The position numbers were made by a program, and so were the translations under genes. From Candidatus Aenigmatarchaeota archaeon (GTDB lineage: Archaea > Aenigmatarchaeota > Aenigmatarchaeia > CG10238-14): a stretch of DNA of 63,179 bases. Location: positions 70,449 to 133,627 of the forward strand of contig JAHLMM010000001.1 in assembly GCA_018920365.1 (NCBI GenBank). Reading direction: 5' to 3'. Below, piece after piece: positions 38,005 to 47,718 of this stretch. The notes under the pieces are model-generated. The model ran no database searches and was not told where the DNA came from. It worked only from the letters and a program-made list of their open reading frames with translations. Each line of letters opens with the position of its first letter. Within the stretch, counting starts at the first letter, position 1.

Positions 38005-38560
38005 AGAAACAATTGATTTGTTAGTTGAAGGTGGAAATGCAAAACCAGGACCAACAACAGCTCCAAAATTTTCTCAATTTAAAATCAATATGGGTGAGCT
38101 TTTTAACAAAATAAATGAAGAGACTAAAGAATACAAAGGAATGAATGTTCCTGTCAAAGTTGTTATAGATACTGATACAAAAGAATATTCAATCAAAGTT
38201 GGTGTGCCACCTGTTTCTTCTTTAATCAAAAAAGAGTTAAAACTTGAAAAAATTGGAAGTAGCGGTTCTAAAAAAGATAAGGCTGCTGAAGAAAAGAAAG
38301 CTGCTGATAAGCCGGCTGAAGAAAAGAAAGAAGTTAAAGAAGAAAAAGCTGAAAGAAAAATTGTCGGCAACTTGACAATAGATCAGTGTGTAAAAATTGC
38401 AAAGATGAAATATAGCGGTTTGCTTTCAAAAAATCTAAAAAATGCTGTTAAAGAAATAGTTGGTTCTTGTGTTAGTATGCCAATAACAGTAGAAGGAAAG
38501 CCACCTAAGCAAGTGTTAGCTGAAATAGACAAAGGAATTTATGATAGCAAGCTTCAATAA
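37997..38560 (+). CDS. rpl11: 50S ribosomal protein L11
   Basis: LVEGG.A.PGP, GM.VPV, PP.SSLIKKEL, EI.GSC.SM. Confidence 0.93.
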   Translation: MSKETIDLLVEGGNAKPGPTTAPKFSQFKINMGELFNKINEETKEYKGMNVPVKVVIDTDTKEYSIKVGVPPVSSLIKKELKLEKIGSSGSKKDKAAEEKKAADKPAEEKKEVKEEKAERKIVGNLTIDQCVKIAKMKYSGLLSKNLKNAVKEIVGSCVSMPITVEGKPPKQVLAEIDKGIYDSKLQ

Positions 38561-38590
38561 GTTTAAAAGTTTCACTTTCATTCACTAATC

Positions 38591-39001
38591 ATGAACATAA
38601 TTGTCCTGTTAATATTGGCGTCAATAGGATTATCTGTTTACATAGCAATAACACAATCTATTATTGTGGGCATCGTTTTAGCTTTGAATTCAATATCCAT
38701 TCTTTTTCTGTTTGCTGCTAGAACAAAAAATGAAGATTTGGAAAGGATTGAGAAAAAAATAGATAAAATAGATGTAAACAAGATAATTCAAAAGATGGAT
38801 GAAATAAGGGATAAACAAACTAGTGCTAACATTAAAGGATTTGAAGTAGAGATGAAATTGGAAGAATATAAAAAAGAGCAAGAAGACAAATATAGAGATG
38901 TTGTAAAAAAAGTGTTAGAAATTGATAATAAATTGACTGAAAAATATGAATTGCTAGGTAAAACTATAATAAAACTAAGCAAAGATTTCAAAAAGAATTA
39001 A
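38591..39001 (+). CDS. Two-TM coiled-coil hypothetical protein
   Basis: 136-aa ORF. Confidence 0.7.
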   Translation: MNIIVLLILASIGLSVYIAITQSIIVGIVLALNSISILFLFAARTKNEDLERIEKKIDKIDVNKIIQKMDEIRDKQTSANIKGFEVEMKLEEYKKEQEDKYRDVVKKVLEIDNKLTEKYELLGKTIIKLSKDFKKN

Positions 39002-39501
39002 ATGCAAGTAACCTTGACAAGTTTTTCTGCCCACGATGAAGGACAGTTTGACGGTGAAACTCTTACTTTAGTTATAGTCTGATTATCCTGACATAAATCA
39101 GCACAACCATATTCAAGTATAACGTGCTCTCCTGGATATAATGGTGAATCAATAGTTGGCCCGCCAGTGTTGTTTATATACTGGGTTGTACCTATCTCTG
39201 CAAATGATGAAAAGCCATATAACGCATTATTTCCTTCATTTGAAATTGCTATCATAATCTTATTTGGACCGTTAACAGACGTGTTTGTACATACAACATT
39301 GAATATGCTTACCACTGATCCTGTACAGTTCATTGTTTCCATAGAGCTTTTTTCTATTGATTCTGTTTGGGTTTTAGTCATTCCAGAAAGCCAGCCGCCT
39401 ATTAAACCTGCTATAGATAGTGTAAATGCTATCAGCAAAACTGTTGCTATTAGCGGCGAAACACCTTTTGATTTCATATATCTATTTATCTTCTTTGCCA
39501 T
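38998..39501 (-). CDS. Archaeal type IV pilin
   Basis: Class III signal peptide KG|VSPLIATVLLIAFT. Confidence 0.88.
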   Translation of the reverse strand: MAKKINRYMKSKGVSPLIATVLLIAFTLSIAGLIGGWLSGMTKTQTESIEKSSMETMNCTGSVVSIFNVVCTNTSVNGPNKIMIAISNEGNNALYGFSSFAEIGTTQYINNTGGPTIDSPLYPGEHVILEYGCADLCQDNQTITKVRVSPSNCPSSWAEKLVKVTCI

Positions 39502-39590
39502 TTAAAAATCTTAAACCATTTATATTTTGAAATCAAATTAGATTAAGCATTTAAGTTTATATATAATATAAAGTGAAGAGGTGAATCAAA

Positions 39591-40019
39591 GTGGCGTCTT
39601 TGGAAATAGGTAAAGTATGTGTGAAAACAGCTGGGAGAGAAGCAGGAAGATATTGTGTTGTAATAAAATCTGTTGATGATAATTTTGTATTTGTAACAGG
39701 ACCTAGAGCTTTGACAGGAGTAAAAAGAAGAAAATGTAATGTAGAGCATCTAGAACCAACAAATTATTCTATAAAAATAAAAGAAGATGCAAATGATAAG
39801 GATGTAATAGAAGCATATGAAGCAGCTGGTTTGATTTCAAAACTTGGTTTGAAAAAACCTAGTCCTGAGGAATTAAAAGCAGAGAAAAAGGAAAAGGTTG
39901 AAGAAAAACAGGCTAAAAAAGTTGAGAAACCTAAAAGCGAAGAGAAACCTAAAGCAGAAAAACCAAAACAAGTCAAAAAAGAGAGTGAAGAAAAACCAAA
40001 AAAGAAAACTAAAAGTTAA
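39591..40019 (+). CDS. rpl14e: 50S ribosomal protein L14e with K/E-rich tail
   Basis: G.VCVK.AGREAG..CV, GVKRRKCN..HLEP. Confidence 0.93.
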   Translation: MASLEIGKVCVKTAGREAGRYCVVIKSVDDNFVFVTGPRALTGVKRRKCNVEHLEPTNYSIKIKEDANDKDVIEAYEAAGLISKLGLKKPSPEELKAEKKEKVEEKQAKKVEKPKSEEKPKAEKPKQVKKESEEKPKKKTKS

Positions 40020-40043
40020 ATTTATCCTATTTTTATTTTTATT

Positions 40044-40817
40044 ATGTTTTTATTGCTTTTAAACAAACCTAAAGGTATAACTTCTAGACAAGCATGTGAA
40101 ATTGTAAAATCAAAGCTAAATGTTAAGAAAGCAGGTCATTCTGGTACGCTTGATTTAAATGCTGAAGGTCTTTTGATTATTTGTTTAGATAAAGCAGTAA
40201 AGGCAATGCCTTTTTTTGAAAATTTGGATAAAACATACAAAGGTGTGATGCATTTGCACAAACAAATAGACAAGGATGAACTTGAAAATGCTGTTTCCAA
40301 ATTTGTTGGTGAAATAATTCAAAAGCCTCCTGTAAAATCAAGGGTTAAAAGAGTTGAAAGAAAGAGGTTTGTTGAATATTTTAAAATAGAAAGTGTTCAT
40401 GATAGAGATGTATATTTTGAAACAAAAGTTCAGGCTGGAACATACATAAGAAAGCTTGTTGATGATATAGGAAAATTAATAGGTGGTGCTCATTTAAAGT
40501 ATCTAAAAAGAATTAAAATAGGTAAGTTTAATGTTGAAAATGCCTGTGATATTGACAAAATAGATGAAAAATGTAAAATCGAACTTGAAAAATGTATAGA
40601 TCATGTGAAAAAAATTTATGTAAAAGATGATTATGTTGAAAAAATCATGAAAGGATCTCCTGTATATTTTGGTTGGATTGAAAGATACGACAACGTAAAA
40701 AAAGGTGATAAAGTTGCCATATTTTCTTCAAAAATTATAGGCATTGGTATTGCTTTGTTTGATTCTGAAATGTTTATAAAGAACAAGATTGTTGTTAAGA
40801 CAGATAGAATTTTCTGA
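40044..40817 (+). CDS. cbf5: Pseudouridine synthase Cbf5/TruB with PUA domain
   Basis: KP.G.TS, KAGHSGTLD, QKPPVKS.VKR, AGTYIRKL. Confidence 0.88.
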   Translation: MFLLLLNKPKGITSRQACEIVKSKLNVKKAGHSGTLDLNAEGLLIICLDKAVKAMPFFENLDKTYKGVMHLHKQIDKDELENAVSKFVGEIIQKPPVKSRVKRVERKRFVEYFKIESVHDRDVYFETKVQAGTYIRKLVDDIGKLIGGAHLKYLKRIKIGKFNVENACDIDKIDEKCKIELEKCIDHVKKIYVKDDYVEKIMKGSPVYFGWIERYDNVKKGDKVAIFSSKIIGIGIALFDSEMFIKNKIVVKTDRIF

Positions 40818-40850
40818 AGTTGTAGTTAAATATTTAAAGTATTGTTACCT

Positions 40851-40871
40851 AAATATAACAAGGTTATATTT
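40851..40871. promoter_or_regulatory. Palindromic operator-like site
   Basis: AAATATAAC-AAG-GTTATATTT directly before the HTH start codon and downstream of a TTTAAA box. Confidence 0.6.
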
Positions 40872-40872
40872 T

Positions 40873-41196
40873 ATGCTTACGACACCCTGCGAAACTGCAT
40901 CAAAATATGTGATACCGGCAATAAGAGCAAATGTAGCAAAATCTCTAACAAAAAATAAATATACACAAAAGTCCATTGCAAGAATACTCGGAGTAACACA
41001 ACCGGCTGTAAGCAAATATCTTTCAGAAAAATATGAAGGCAAATTAAAGTATATTGTTAATGATAAAACCATCAAAAAATATGCAGATCAGATTGTTGAA
41101 ATGATAATAAATGGGCAACCAGAAGAGAATATTAGATTAAGCATACTTGGCAGTTCTGCTAAGATCTTAAAAGATAACCCAAATGGTTTTTTATGA
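40873..41196 (+). CDS. HTH (XRE-like) transcriptional regulator
   Basis: TPCE...IPAIRA, TQ..IA..LGVTQPAVSKYL. Confidence 0.88.
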   Translation: MLTTPCETASKYVIPAIRANVAKSLTKNKYTQKSIARILGVTQPAVSKYLSEKYEGKLKYIVNDKTIKKYADQIVEMIINGQPEENIRLSILGSSAKILKDNPNGFL

Positions 41197-41206
41197 GGTG
41201 ATTTAA

Positions 41207-41815
41207 ATGTTTGAAAAGAAAATAGCAATTGATTTTGTAAAAGCAAAGCCTGAATTGCTTAAAATGGATGGCTTTTCTGAAAAGTCCATTTTGGAGCATT
41301 TAAAGCTGTACCAAGGCTATGTAAATAAATACAATGAGATAATGGAAAAATTGGATGCTTTGAGTATAGATGAAGCAAAAAATGGAAATGCGACTTTTTC
41401 AACAATAAGAGAATTAAAGGTTGAATTAACATTTGCAATAGGTGGAGTAAAAAATCATGAAATATATTTTAGCAATTTAGGAGGCAAAGGTGGTAAGCCT
41501 AATAGTAAATTACTGAAGCAAATTGAAAAAGATTTTGGGAGTTATGAAAAATGGGAGGCTGATTTTAAAGGTAGTGCACTATCAGCAAGAGGATGGGTGT
41601 GGCTTGCATGGGATAGAGATGCAAATATGTTAATGAATGTAATAGGAGATGCACAAAACACATTTCCAATTTGGAATGCAAAACCAATATTAGCTTTGGA
41701 TATGTATGAACATGCATTTTGGCTTGATTATCAAACAAATAAATCTGCATATATAGACGCCTTCTTCAAAAACATAGATTGGAATGATGTTTTAAAGAAG
41801 TTTGAAAAGGTATAA
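41207..41815 (+). CDS. sod: Fe/Mn superoxide dismutase
   Basis: H..LYQGYV, NHEIYF, DMYEHAFWLDY. Confidence 0.92.
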   Translation: MFEKKIAIDFVKAKPELLKMDGFSEKSILEHLKLYQGYVNKYNEIMEKLDALSIDEAKNGNATFSTIRELKVELTFAIGGVKNHEIYFSNLGGKGGKPNSKLLKQIEKDFGSYEKWEADFKGSALSARGWVWLAWDRDANMLMNVIGDAQNTFPIWNAKPILALDMYEHAFWLDYQTNKSAYIDAFFKNIDWNDVLKKFEKV

Positions 41816-41817
41816 TA

Positions 41818-41916
41818 ATGGAAAAATGTGATATTTGTGGAATTGAAATGAAAGAAGTTCATTGCAAAATAGTTTGCTTTAATTGTGGTTTTAAAAAAGA
41901 TTGTTCGGATATTTAG
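41818..41916 (+). CDS. 32-aa zinc-finger microprotein (HVO_2523-like pattern)
   Basis: MEKCDICGIEMKEVHCKIVCFNCGFKKDCSDI. Not in the ORF track. Confidence 0.8.
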   Translation: MEKCDICGIEMKEVHCKIVCFNCGFKKDCSDI

Positions 41917-41925
41917 GTGGAACAA

Positions 41926-41973
41926 ATGGATGGAAAAAAGAAAGGCTGTGGATGCGGTTGTGGTTGCTGTTAA
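41926..41973 (+). CDS. 15-aa Cys/Gly micropeptide MDGKKKGCGCGCGCC
   Basis: AGGTGG RBS 5 nt upstream; mixed synonymous Gly and Cys codons. Confidence 0.6.
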   Translation: MDGKKKGCGCGCGCC

Positions 41974-42593
41974 AATTTCAAAGCAACAACACCTTGTGAA
42001 GCATATTCTCTATAAGCCTTGTTAAAACCTGCTAGCAATAGTCTGTTTATTATTCCTTTTGGCAGATTTTTGCCATTTTTCGAGCCAGGGGATCCTGTAT
42101 AATGATACAATTTTCCTTGTGGTTTTAATATTCTATACAATTCTTTGTAAAATTCAAGAGAATACAATTCTGGAGCAAAACTAAATCTAGGCGGATCATG
42201 AATTATAAAATCAAAAAAACTATTTTTTAAAGATTTTACTGCAGCAAAAGAATCATTTATTGATAAAAATACATTGTTTTTTGAAAACAAATCAGACGAA
42301 TGTTTGTTCAATTTAGCTATTTTAATCATATTTTTATCTTTTTCAAATGTGAAAACCTGATAAGCATATCTTGATGCTAATATTGAAGTATAGCCAAGTC
42401 CACAACAAGTATCCAAAACTTTGCCTTTGATTTTACCAATTGCCTTCAATTTAAGAATTGTATCTGTTTTAGGATCAATTTTGTCAGTTCTATGCATCCT
42501 TATTCCTGATATCACAACAGTTGGCCATGTTTCAGTTTCAACAAGTTTGTAAAATTTTCTAGTTTCTTCAGAATAGAATTGTATATTTTCCAT
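41970..42593 (-). CDS. SAM-dependent methyltransferase (COG2521-like archaeal family)
   Basis: ISGIRMHR, VLDTCCGLGY, HDPPRFS.A.ELYS. Confidence 0.85.
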   Translation of the reverse strand: MENIQFYSEETRKFYKLVETETWPTVVISGIRMHRTDKIDPKTDTILKLKAIGKIKGKVLDTCCGLGYTSILASRYAYQVFTFEKDKNMIKIAKLNKHSSDLFSKNNVFLSINDSFAAVKSLKNSFFDFIIHDPPRFSFAPELYSLEFYKELYRILKPQGKLYHYTGSPGSKNGKNLPKGIINRLLLAGFNKAYREYASQGVVALKF

Positions 42594-42615
42594 AAAAATA
42601 AATTATTTTATAAAA

Positions 42616-43347
42616 CTATTTAGTTGTATTTGTCAATTGAAGCTTTTCTAATATCACCTTTTCAAAATCTTCAAATGGTCTAGATCCAACAATTCTTCTA
42701 TCATTAATAAAGAATGTTGGTGTTCCTGTTATCTGATATTGTTTGGATTCTTGCATTTCTTTTAAAATAATTTCTTTCATTGCACCGCTTTGCAAGCATT
42801 TATTAAACTCGGCTACATCCAATCCAATTTCTTTTGCATAATCATCAAAAAGACTTGGGCCTATTCTTCCCCATTGCTTCTGTCTGCTATAAAGCAACAT
42901 TGCATACTCTTCGTATTTACCTTGATCATAAGCGCACCTAGCTGCTTCTGAAGCTTTAAATGAAAATGCATGTTGTTCTGATGGTAATTCATAAAACACA
43001 AATTTTACTTTGCCTGCGTCAACATATTTTTCTTTTATCTCTGGATATGTCTTTGTATAGAAATCAGCACAATATGGGCATTGAAATTCGCTAAAAGATT
43101 TTATTGTAACAGTCGCGTCCTGGTTACCAACTGATGGCAGATCTGTTTTTATTGGTGTATATTGAATTTTTTCACTTTTTGTCAAAAAAATCACAGCTAT
43201 TATCAAAATAGGTATTGCAATAAACAGAGCCAATTTTTTAAAGTTAATTTTCTTAGTATTTGATTCTGTAGGTTGTGGCAATTGCTGCTGAATATATCTC
43301 ATTTTTTTCTTTTCTTTTTTGCTCAGCCTTTTCCCCATGGATATCAA
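42616..43347 (-). CDS. Membrane-anchored DsbA family oxidoreductase
   Basis: FSEFQCPYC, GTPTFFIN. Confidence 0.9.
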   Translation of the reverse strand: MISMGKRLSKKEKKKMRYIQQQLPQPTESNTKKINFKKLALFIAIPILIIAVIFLTKSEKIQYTPIKTDLPSVGNQDATVTIKSFSEFQCPYCADFYTKTYPEIKEKYVDAGKVKFVFYELPSEQHAFSFKASEAARCAYDQGKYEEYAMLLYSRQKQWGRIGPSLFDDYAKEIGLDVAEFNKCLQSGAMKEIILKEMQESKQYQITGTPTFFINDRRIVGSRPFEDFEKVILEKLQLTNTTK

Positions 43348-43406
43348 TTATTATTTAAGCATTTATATTTTAAAGGCTTTTATACAACTAAAAATAAAAT
43401 AGTTTT

Positions 43407-44045
43407 ATGAAAGAACCGTTTTTGCTTGTGAACTTCAAGACATATGAGCAAAGCACTGGTAAAAATGCTGTAGCACTTGCTAAAAGAATTTCCAAAATTG
43501 ATAGAAATATTGCAGTTGCGCCTCAGTATGTTGATATAAACAGACTGTCAAACATATGCAAAAACATATTTGCTCAACATGTTGACGGAATAAATTTTGG
43601 TAGAAATACTGGTCATGTTCTCGCAGAATCTTTAAAACAAGCAGGAGCTATTGGTAGTTTGATAAATCATTCCGAAAAAAGAATTGAAATGAAAGAAATA
43701 GAATTGTCTGTAAAAGCTTGCAAAAGAGCTGGGTTGATATCTATTGTATGTGTTCCAGATGTAAAAACAGCTGCAAAAGTTGATAGATTAAAACCAAATT
43801 ACATTGCCATAGAGCCACCTGAATTGATAGAGAGTGGTAGGGCTGTTTCAAAAATAAAACCATCTCTAATAACAAATGTGGCAAAAAACGTAAAATCCAA
43901 AGTTATTTGTGGTGCTGGTATAAGCTGTGGTGATGACGTCAAAATTGCTTTAGAATTAGGGGTATACGGCGTGCTTGTAAGTTCTGCTGTTGTAAAGGCA
44001 GAAAAACCTGAAAAGATCTTGAAGGAAATGATAAAATATGTTTAG
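43407..44045 (+). CDS. tpiA: Triosephosphate isomerase (archaeal type)
   Basis: VNFKTY, NHSEKR, EPPELI, GAGIS. Confidence 0.95.
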   Translation: MKEPFLLVNFKTYEQSTGKNAVALAKRISKIDRNIAVAPQYVDINRLSNICKNIFAQHVDGINFGRNTGHVLAESLKQAGAIGSLINHSEKRIEMKEIELSVKACKRAGLISIVCVPDVKTAAKVDRLKPNYIAIEPPELIESGRAVSKIKPSLITNVAKNVKSKVICGAGISCGDDVKIALELGVYGVLVSSAVVKAEKPEKILKEMIKYV

Positions 44046-44472
44046 AATGCTTGCAGTTTTTTTATTAATAATTTTGAGTGGTTGCATTCAAAATACTGAT
44101 TACAAGAAGGTTGAAATAATTACAAATCAAGAGGAAATAAAGCTAAATCTAGAAGTGGCTGATACTTTTGAAGAAATGTCAAGAGGTTTGATGTTTAGGC
44201 AAAAATTAGGTGAAAGTGAAGGTATGATTTTTGTTTTTGATAAAGAAAAAATGACAAGTTTTTGGATGAAAAATACATTAATACCTTTAGATATGATATT
44301 TGTTTCTGAAAATGGAACAATAAATGAAATCAAAGTTGACGTTCAACCATGCTATCAGGATCCATGTGAAACATATCCATCAAAATATCCATCAAAATTT
44401 GTAATCGAATTAAACGCAAATTATACAGTAAAGAAAAATATAAATGTTGGGGATTTTGTAAAAATAAACTGA
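44038..44472 (+). CDS. DUF192 family lipoprotein
   Basis: LSGC lipobox-like, EVADT, GLMFR, FWMKNT.IPLDMIF. Confidence 0.9.
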   Translation: MFRMLAVFLLIILSGCIQNTDYKKVEIITNQEEIKLNLEVADTFEEMSRGLMFRQKLGESEGMIFVFDKEKMTSFWMKNTLIPLDMIFVSENGTINEIKVDVQPCYQDPCETYPSKYPSKFVIELNANYTVKKNINVGDFVKIN

Positions 44473-44563
44473 AATTTTTTATATTTTATCATTAAATAAT
44501 TTGTATGAAAATTTTGATTGAATTTGTTTGCTCAAAAAATGAACTGAAATTTTCTACTAATTA

Positions 44564-45073
44564 TTGTTGGTGATTGTTTTGTCTAAATTAAAAGGTTTGA
44601 GGGATGATGGAAGCATAGATGCAAAAGCTCTACAAAGTGATGAGGATATATATAGAATTGTTGATTATTTAATAGAAGTTTTGAAAGAATGTGAAGATTG
44701 CATTTTAGAAAGAAAAGGGGATAGAATAACATGGATTTCTTCAGAAAAACCAAATCCTGTGGTAATAACTGTTTCAAATTTAAAAGGAAGCGACAGAGCC
44801 AATTTTTTAAATAGCACTGGAATAATAAGAAGATACAATCAACAAAGAAAAAATGGGCAAGAAAAAAATGGTAAATATGATGGTTACCCAGAAATTGGCA
44901 GTGAAATAGATATAGGTGGTATAAGAGGTTATGGGTTCTCGCCTGGAACTAGGGGAATTGTGCAATCATACAAGTTTTATCCTAATGATAACAGAATGTA
45001 TGTAGAAATAAAAACGTCTAGGGGTGTTATACCTATACCTGTCGAGATGTTAAATGATTATTCTTTCAAATAG
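44564..45073 (+). CDS. Hypothetical protein (start uncertain)
   Basis: 169-aa ORF; possible SH3/KOW-like C-terminus. Confidence 0.65.
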   Translation: MLVIVLSKLKGLRDDGSIDAKALQSDEDIYRIVDYLIEVLKECEDCILERKGDRITWISSEKPNPVVITVSNLKGSDRANFLNSTGIIRRYNQQRKNGQEKNGKYDGYPEIGSEIDIGGIRGYGFSPGTRGIVQSYKFYPNDNRMYVEIKTSRGVIPIPVEMLNDYSFK

Positions 45074-45115
45074 AAAATTATTTCTTAAAAAAAATGCAAT
45101 TTATTTTGTGTTTTA

Positions 45116-46864
45116 ATGACAGAATTTAGTTGGAAAATAGGTGGAGAAGCTGGTTATGGAATAATGACATCTGGCCTTATTTTTGGTAAGGCTTTTGTCA
45201 AAGGTGGTCTTTTTGCATTTGACACAAACGAATATCCATCATTAATTAGAGGGGGTCACAACACTTATACTGTAAGGGTTTCTGATGAACCCATTTTCTC
45301 TCATTCAAAAAAAATAGATATACTAGTCGCATTAACAAAATTGGCTGTAGATAAGCACAAAGATGAAATAACAGAAAACGGTTTTATAATTTTTGATCAA
45401 AGTGTATTTAGCATAAATGATGACGAGATAAGAGATGATATTAAGCTTTTACCATTGCCATTGACAGAAATAGCTACAAAAATAGGCGGTCAAGCAATAA
45501 TGAGGAATAATGTTGCTATAGGCGCATCTTTTGGATTAATTGATTACAATTTTGAAAATCTGGTTGATGTAATAAAAGGTATATTTGGCGGCAAAAAAGG
45601 TGAAGAAGTTGCAAAAACAAATATTGATGTTGCAAGAGAAGGATATAATTATGTTTTAAAGAACTTTGGAAATTTGGCAAAGTCCATCAAGATGACTGTA
45701 AAAAAACCAATAAAAAGAATGTATATAACTGGGAATGAAGCAATTTCTCTTGGTGCTATAAAAGCTGGTTGTAAATTCTATTCTGCTTATCCAATGACAC
45801 CTGCTTCTTCTATTTTACATTTTCTTTCGTCAAAAGAAAACGATTATAATATAGTTGTGAAACAAACAGAAGATGAAATTGCAGCGATACATATGGCAAT
45901 AGGCGCTAGCTTTGCAGGAGTTAGATCAATGACTGGAACTTCTGGTGGTGGTTTTTCATTAATGACAGAAGCTTTAGGGCTTGCTGCTTTGACAGAAACT
46001 CCACTTGTAGTTGTTTTAGCACAAAGACCAGGACCATCTACTGGGATGCCGACACACACAGAGCAAGGTGATTTAAAATTTGTTATAAATGCGTCAAACG
46101 GCGAGTTTCCAAGAGTTGTTGTTGCACCTGGCGATGTGAACGAATGTTTTTATGAAACTTTTAATGCTTTTAATATTGCTGAAAAATATCAAATTCCTGT
46201 AATAATTTTAACTGACAAATTTTTAGCAGAAGCACATTCAACCAATGATTTTTTTGTCACAAAACATTTGAAAATAGATAGAGGTTTGCTTTTGACTGAC
46301 GAAAAGGCTAAAGAGATAAAAGATTATAAAAGATATGAAAATACTGCTACTGGTATATCTCACAGGTCAATACCATCTCAGACTGCAATATTCAAAGCAG
46401 CGACAGACGAGCATGACGAATATGGAAGATTATCTGAAGAGCAAAGCGATAGGATAATTCAAATGGATAAAAGATTTAGAAAATTAAAAGTTATCGAGTC
46501 AGAGATTGATGGTGTAAAAATTTATGGAGATGAAGACGCTGATATAAATATAATAAGTTGGGGTTCAACAAAAGGTCCTATATTAGAAGCTATGAAAATT
46601 TTTGCAGAAAAAGGAATCAAAGTTAGGTTTATTCAAGTTTTATATTTAATGCCGTTCCCAACAAGCAAAATAAAAATTCTGCTTGAAAATAATAAAAACA
46701 AAATAATAGTTGAAAATAATAAAACAGCACAATTGGCAAGTTTGATTAAAGAGCATACAGGAATTGATGTTGATTATAAAATATTGAAATATGATGGAAG
46801 GCCATTTTCACCTGAAGATATTTATGAAAAAATTGATGAGGTGTTAACATTTGCCAAGCTTTGA
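45116..46864 (+). CDS. korA: 2-oxoacid:ferredoxin oxidoreductase alpha subunit
   Basis: GGEAGYG, IRGGH, YPMTPAS, EDEIAA, TSGGG, QRPGPSTG. Confidence 0.93.
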   Translation: MTEFSWKIGGEAGYGIMTSGLIFGKAFVKGGLFAFDTNEYPSLIRGGHNTYTVRVSDEPIFSHSKKIDILVALTKLAVDKHKDEITENGFIIFDQSVFSINDDEIRDDIKLLPLPLTEIATKIGGQAIMRNNVAIGASFGLIDYNFENLVDVIKGIFGGKKGEEVAKTNIDVAREGYNYVLKNFGNLAKSIKMTVKKPIKRMYITGNEAISLGAIKAGCKFYSAYPMTPASSILHFLSSKENDYNIVVKQTEDEIAAIHMAIGASFAGVRSMTGTSGGGFSLMTEALGLAALTETPLVVVLAQRPGPSTGMPTHTEQGDLKFVINASNGEFPRVVVAPGDVNECFYETFNAFNIAEKYQIPVIILTDKFLAEAHSTNDFFVTKHLKIDRGLLLTDEKAKEIKDYKRYENTATGISHRSIPSQTAIFKAATDEHDEYGRLSEEQSDRIIQMDKRFRKLKVIESEIDGVKIYGDEDADINIISWGSTKGPILEAMKIFAEKGIKVRFIQVLYLMPFPTSKIKILLENNKNKIIVENNKTAQLASLIKEHTGIDVDYKILKYDGRPFSPEDIYEKIDEVLTFAKL

Positions 46865-47708
46865 GGAGTTGACAACAAAAGAAAGACCAACATGGTGCCC
46901 AGGTTGTGGTGACTGGGGAATTTTAACTGCATTGAAAAAGGCTTTAGTGGAGATAAATGCTGATCCTACAAAGACAGTAGTAGTAGCTGGTATAGGTTGT
47001 TCTGGTCATTTACCGCAGTGGATAAACACTTTTGGTTTTCACTCTTTGCATGGTAGAGCATTACCTGTAGCTCAAGCAATTAAACTTGCAAATCATGAAT
47101 TAAATGTAATCGCTGTTGGCGGTGACGGTGATGGTTACGGCATAGGCATGGGTCATTTTATACATGCCATGAGAAGAAATGTTAATGTCAAATATATAGT
47201 ACATGATAATCAGATTTATGGTTTAACAACAGGGCAGGCATCGCCAACAAGTGAAAAAGGATTCAAAACAAAATCAACACCGCATGGCCTCATAGAAGAA
47301 CCAGTTAATCCTGTTGCATTGGCATTAGCTGCTGATTGCTCTTTTGTTGCAAGAGGTTTTGCAGGAGATGTTCCTCATCTTGTCAAGTTAATCACTCAAG
47401 CAATAAATCATAAAGGTTTTGCTTTGATAGATGTTTTGCAGCCTTGTGTTACTTTTAATTATCTTAACACATTCGAATATTTTTATAGAAGGGTTTATAA
47501 ATTGGAAGAAACTGATTATGACATTAGTAATAAAGAGGCTGCCTTTCAAAAAGCTTTTGAATGGGGTGAAAAAATTCCAATAGGTGTTTTTTATAAAAAA
47601 GAAAGAAAAACATATGAAGATGAATTACCACAAATATCAAAAGAACCTCTAGTCAGGCAGAAAATCGATAACATAGACATATCTCAGCTTATTGAGGAAT
47701 TTTGTTGA
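46851..47708 (+). CDS. korB: 2-oxoacid:ferredoxin oxidoreductase beta subunit
   Basis: WCPGCGD, GIGCS, HGR, GGDGD, YGLTTGQASPT. Confidence 0.93.
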   Translation: MPSFEELTTKERPTWCPGCGDWGILTALKKALVEINADPTKTVVVAGIGCSGHLPQWINTFGFHSLHGRALPVAQAIKLANHELNVIAVGGDGDGYGIGMGHFIHAMRRNVNVKYIVHDNQIYGLTTGQASPTSEKGFKTKSTPHGLIEEPVNPVALALAADCSFVARGFAGDVPHLVKLITQAINHKGFALIDVLQPCVTFNYLNTFEYFYRRVYKLEETDYDISNKEAAFQKAFEWGEKIPIGVFYKKERKTYEDELPQISKEPLVRQKIDNIDISQLIEEFC

Positions 47709-47718
47709 GGTGAAATAT

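Noticed and set aside
44373-44397. 12-bp tandem repeat (YPSKYPSK) in the DUF192 gene
   Set aside because: Two in-frame copies only; no evidence of function.
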